Positions 61,499-64,000 of a stretch of DNA of 64,000 nucleotides are shown here, one piece after another; the first letter of the stretch is position 1, and the number at the start of each line of letters is the position of its first letter. The notes beneath the pieces were generated by a model. That model ran no database searches and had not been told where the DNA came from. It saw only the letters and a program-made list of their open reading frames with translations. Made by a program: the position numbers and the translations under genes. The stretch is from assembly GCF_006345805.1 (NCBI RefSeq), contig NC_042999.1:130510001-130574000 (forward strand), in the 5' to 3' direction. This DNA is from Octopus sinensis. Taxonomy: Eukaryota.

Positions 61499-61776
61499 AT
61501 AACAATAAAGTCATTATTTAATGAATTTATCAGATGCCAGCATACTAAAATACCATAATGGTTAACTTATATTAAAGTTTCATTGAATAATTTCAACACC
61601 AGTCTGCTAGAAATAGACCCCAAATGGTCCATGAATCATTAAAAAATATTTAGTGGTTCCTGGATCATTTGGGGTCTATTTCTAGCAGACTGGCATTGAA
61701 TAATTTCAACGCCCTTATTGAAATTTATATATATATATATATAAATTTGGTGATGTCCTGTACACATATATGCATG

Positions 61777-61830
<54 letters not shown>

Positions 61831-61841
61831 CACACACACAG

Positions 61842-61931
<90 letters not shown>

Positions 61932-62095
61932 CACACACACATATATTATATATTATTTTAATTGCAGGCAACATATCCATTTCAAAGTAAGTTTATCTTC
62001 ACCTTTTTGATGTCACTCTCTGCTTTATACTATTTTATTCCTCCATCTTTCTCTAATTCCCTTTTTCTCCCCCTGTACCCATACATACATGTGTA

Positions 62096-62133
<38 letters not shown>
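61445..62133. repeat. Cluster of long (TA)n/(CA)n/(TG)n microsatellites
   Basis: Direct reading. Confidence 0.95.
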
Positions 62134-64000
62134 AACTTTGCTTGTATTAGCATGAGGAATATAATACTGTAATATTAACTTTGTGGTCTTTTACCATTTT
62201 AGAGACCCTCGGGGCACTGAAACAAGGTGCCACTTCCCTGTTAAATAGGTATCATAGTTCCCATTTCTGAAACCCCTACCCCTAATCAGGGCAAACTAGA
62301 GAAGGTAAATAAATATTAATGTTATACTACACCTTATATAAGATCACAGATAGTTGATTGTTGGTTTAGCAATCTCTCCGATTCCAGAAAGCAAATGTGA
62401 AATGAGATTATTATTGATTGTGTATTATTTTCAGTATATTTGTAAACTACTAATGTAATGAGGTATACTCAGCAAGTATTTCGTAACTCTACTCTCCCTT
62501 TTTTTTTCTATTTCAGTTTAGGATCACTGGCTTTTCACCACAATTGAAAAAATTCTATTCTGCAGCTAATTCAAAATATTCCATCCTCATCCTCCATTTG
62601 AGAGACAAGAAACCTCCCCGACACAATTCATTTCCCTTGTGGGAGTCAAGAGGATGTTGAGGCTTTGGAAGCTGAGTTAAGTGATGGTGCGGTTCAAAAT
62701 AACCTGGTAAGTTGTACATTTTACATTTTCATGGTTTTACCTGCTGGTTCTCTGCCCCTCTCTAACTGATCTGCATACTTACATGTGACAATTACTTCCT
62801 TCATGCTTCACATGTGTGTGTTTCCATATCCCACATACACACCAAAGATACTCACACCCATCATTGTGTGCTCGTCTCAGTACTCATAACCTCAGATTCA
62901 GCTTCTTTTGAACATATAGTAATTAAAAATATTTAAGAGCACCAACCTGATATTCAGTTGAAAAGATTATTTCAGTAAGGTCCCAGCAGGAACCTCAGAA
63001 AGTAACATGGTGCCTGTATACTGTGGTTTACAAGTTCTGTTTTACTAGTAAAATAAGATAAGTCGACCAATGGCAGTGAGTTTAAATCCTCCAACAAATT
63101 TTCATCTGTTGAGTTGAAACTTTCATCCGTGAGTATCAAAGATATCAGCCTTTGTATGCCCAATTCCCCAAATTGAATAGCCATCTCCTAGGGATGAGCC
63201 AATATGTGTATTATCAGTATTTGCCAATATCCAATAATTCAGTATCGACCAATACCAATACCAAAATTGATATCTGTGCTCTGATTAAACAGGTGTGATA
63301 ATGCCACTCAGATAAGGAAGTTTATCTTACTGGATGAAGTGCTGCCGACGTAGCCATCAGCAGCACTGCACTTTCTAAGCTGAACTATTAGATATCACAG
63401 AGGAGAGGGTAGGTTGTCCAACAGTGTGACTCAACGAATCATCTCAGATGGAACTGTATTTGGGGTGTGTCTGTTTCTGAACATTTTTCGAGATGAGCTA
63501 TCACCATTACACATGTTGTGCAGCTGACAGCCAATCATATATCAGCTATCAATACTGGCAGAATTGCAATCTTTTGCTGATACCAATACCATGCCGATAA
63601 TCCACTTTGCTTCAAAACAATGACAGTTGCTACCAGCAGTTGTATTGACATTAATGTTATGGGGTGTATGCATTCTGGAGGTAAAACACGCAATTTTTCT
63701 TTTATATCTTTTTGAAAGAGCTCAGATCTATGTTAACCATTTACCCAAATCATCGATCAAAATGGCCAAAAAATAAACCAGTGTAAGACTACTACAGCTT
63801 GAAATTTCTTCGGACTCTCTCAGTAAAACCATATGGATATGGATATCTTTAGAACCGGCTCATCAAGCCACTTTTTTATTTCATTTAATTTGCCACAAAG
63901 GCAGTACACAGAGAAGCTACTTCTTACAATATCAGTATCTGTATGGTTTTGTTGAAAAATTGTAAGAATTATCTTTGAAAAATGGAGATATGCCAGTTTG

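Noticed and set aside
62972-63184. 70-aa minus ORF as an exon of a third gene
   Set aside because: No recognisable homology and no convincing minus-strand splice sites
63189-63620. hAT-type MITE starting TAGGGATG with CCGATA/CCAATA-like repeats
   Set aside because: No matching right TIR or TSD found within the window, so not called

Overview
AT-rich, microsatellite-laden eukaryotic genomic DNA. The SINE/RTE repeat families and (TA)n/(CA)n load suggest an octopus (cephalopod) genome; this is inference. Two conserved spliced genes lie on the minus strand. (1) CHMP1A (ESCRT-III): a complete 8-exon CDS, 58607->41827, 201 aa, with a 20-nt micro-exon. (2) VEPH1/melted: the first five coding exons, 14545->997; the rest of the gene lies left of the window. 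Introns and the intergenic region are packed with mobile DNA: Tigger/pogo, mariner and hAT transposase relics; TTAA piggyBac-like MITEs; two Helitron-like elements; a Penelope-like element with inverted pLTRs and a GIY-YIG relic; two CRE-clade fragments; a solo LTR with a 4-bp TSD; CR1/Jockey-type LINE relics; many tRNA-derived SINEs; and several copies of an RTE LINE, one with an uninterrupted RT ORF containing a PHD-like finger. I see no demonstrably new gene system. The best second-look candidates are several hammerhead-ribozyme-like motifs next to microsatellites, four near-perfect fold-back hairpins (one within a 17-bp direct repeat, one next to a 42-bp templated duplication), and two non-L1 LINEs with 5'-inversion (twin-priming-like) geometry. 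All coordinates were counted by hand; repeat boundaries are approximate.
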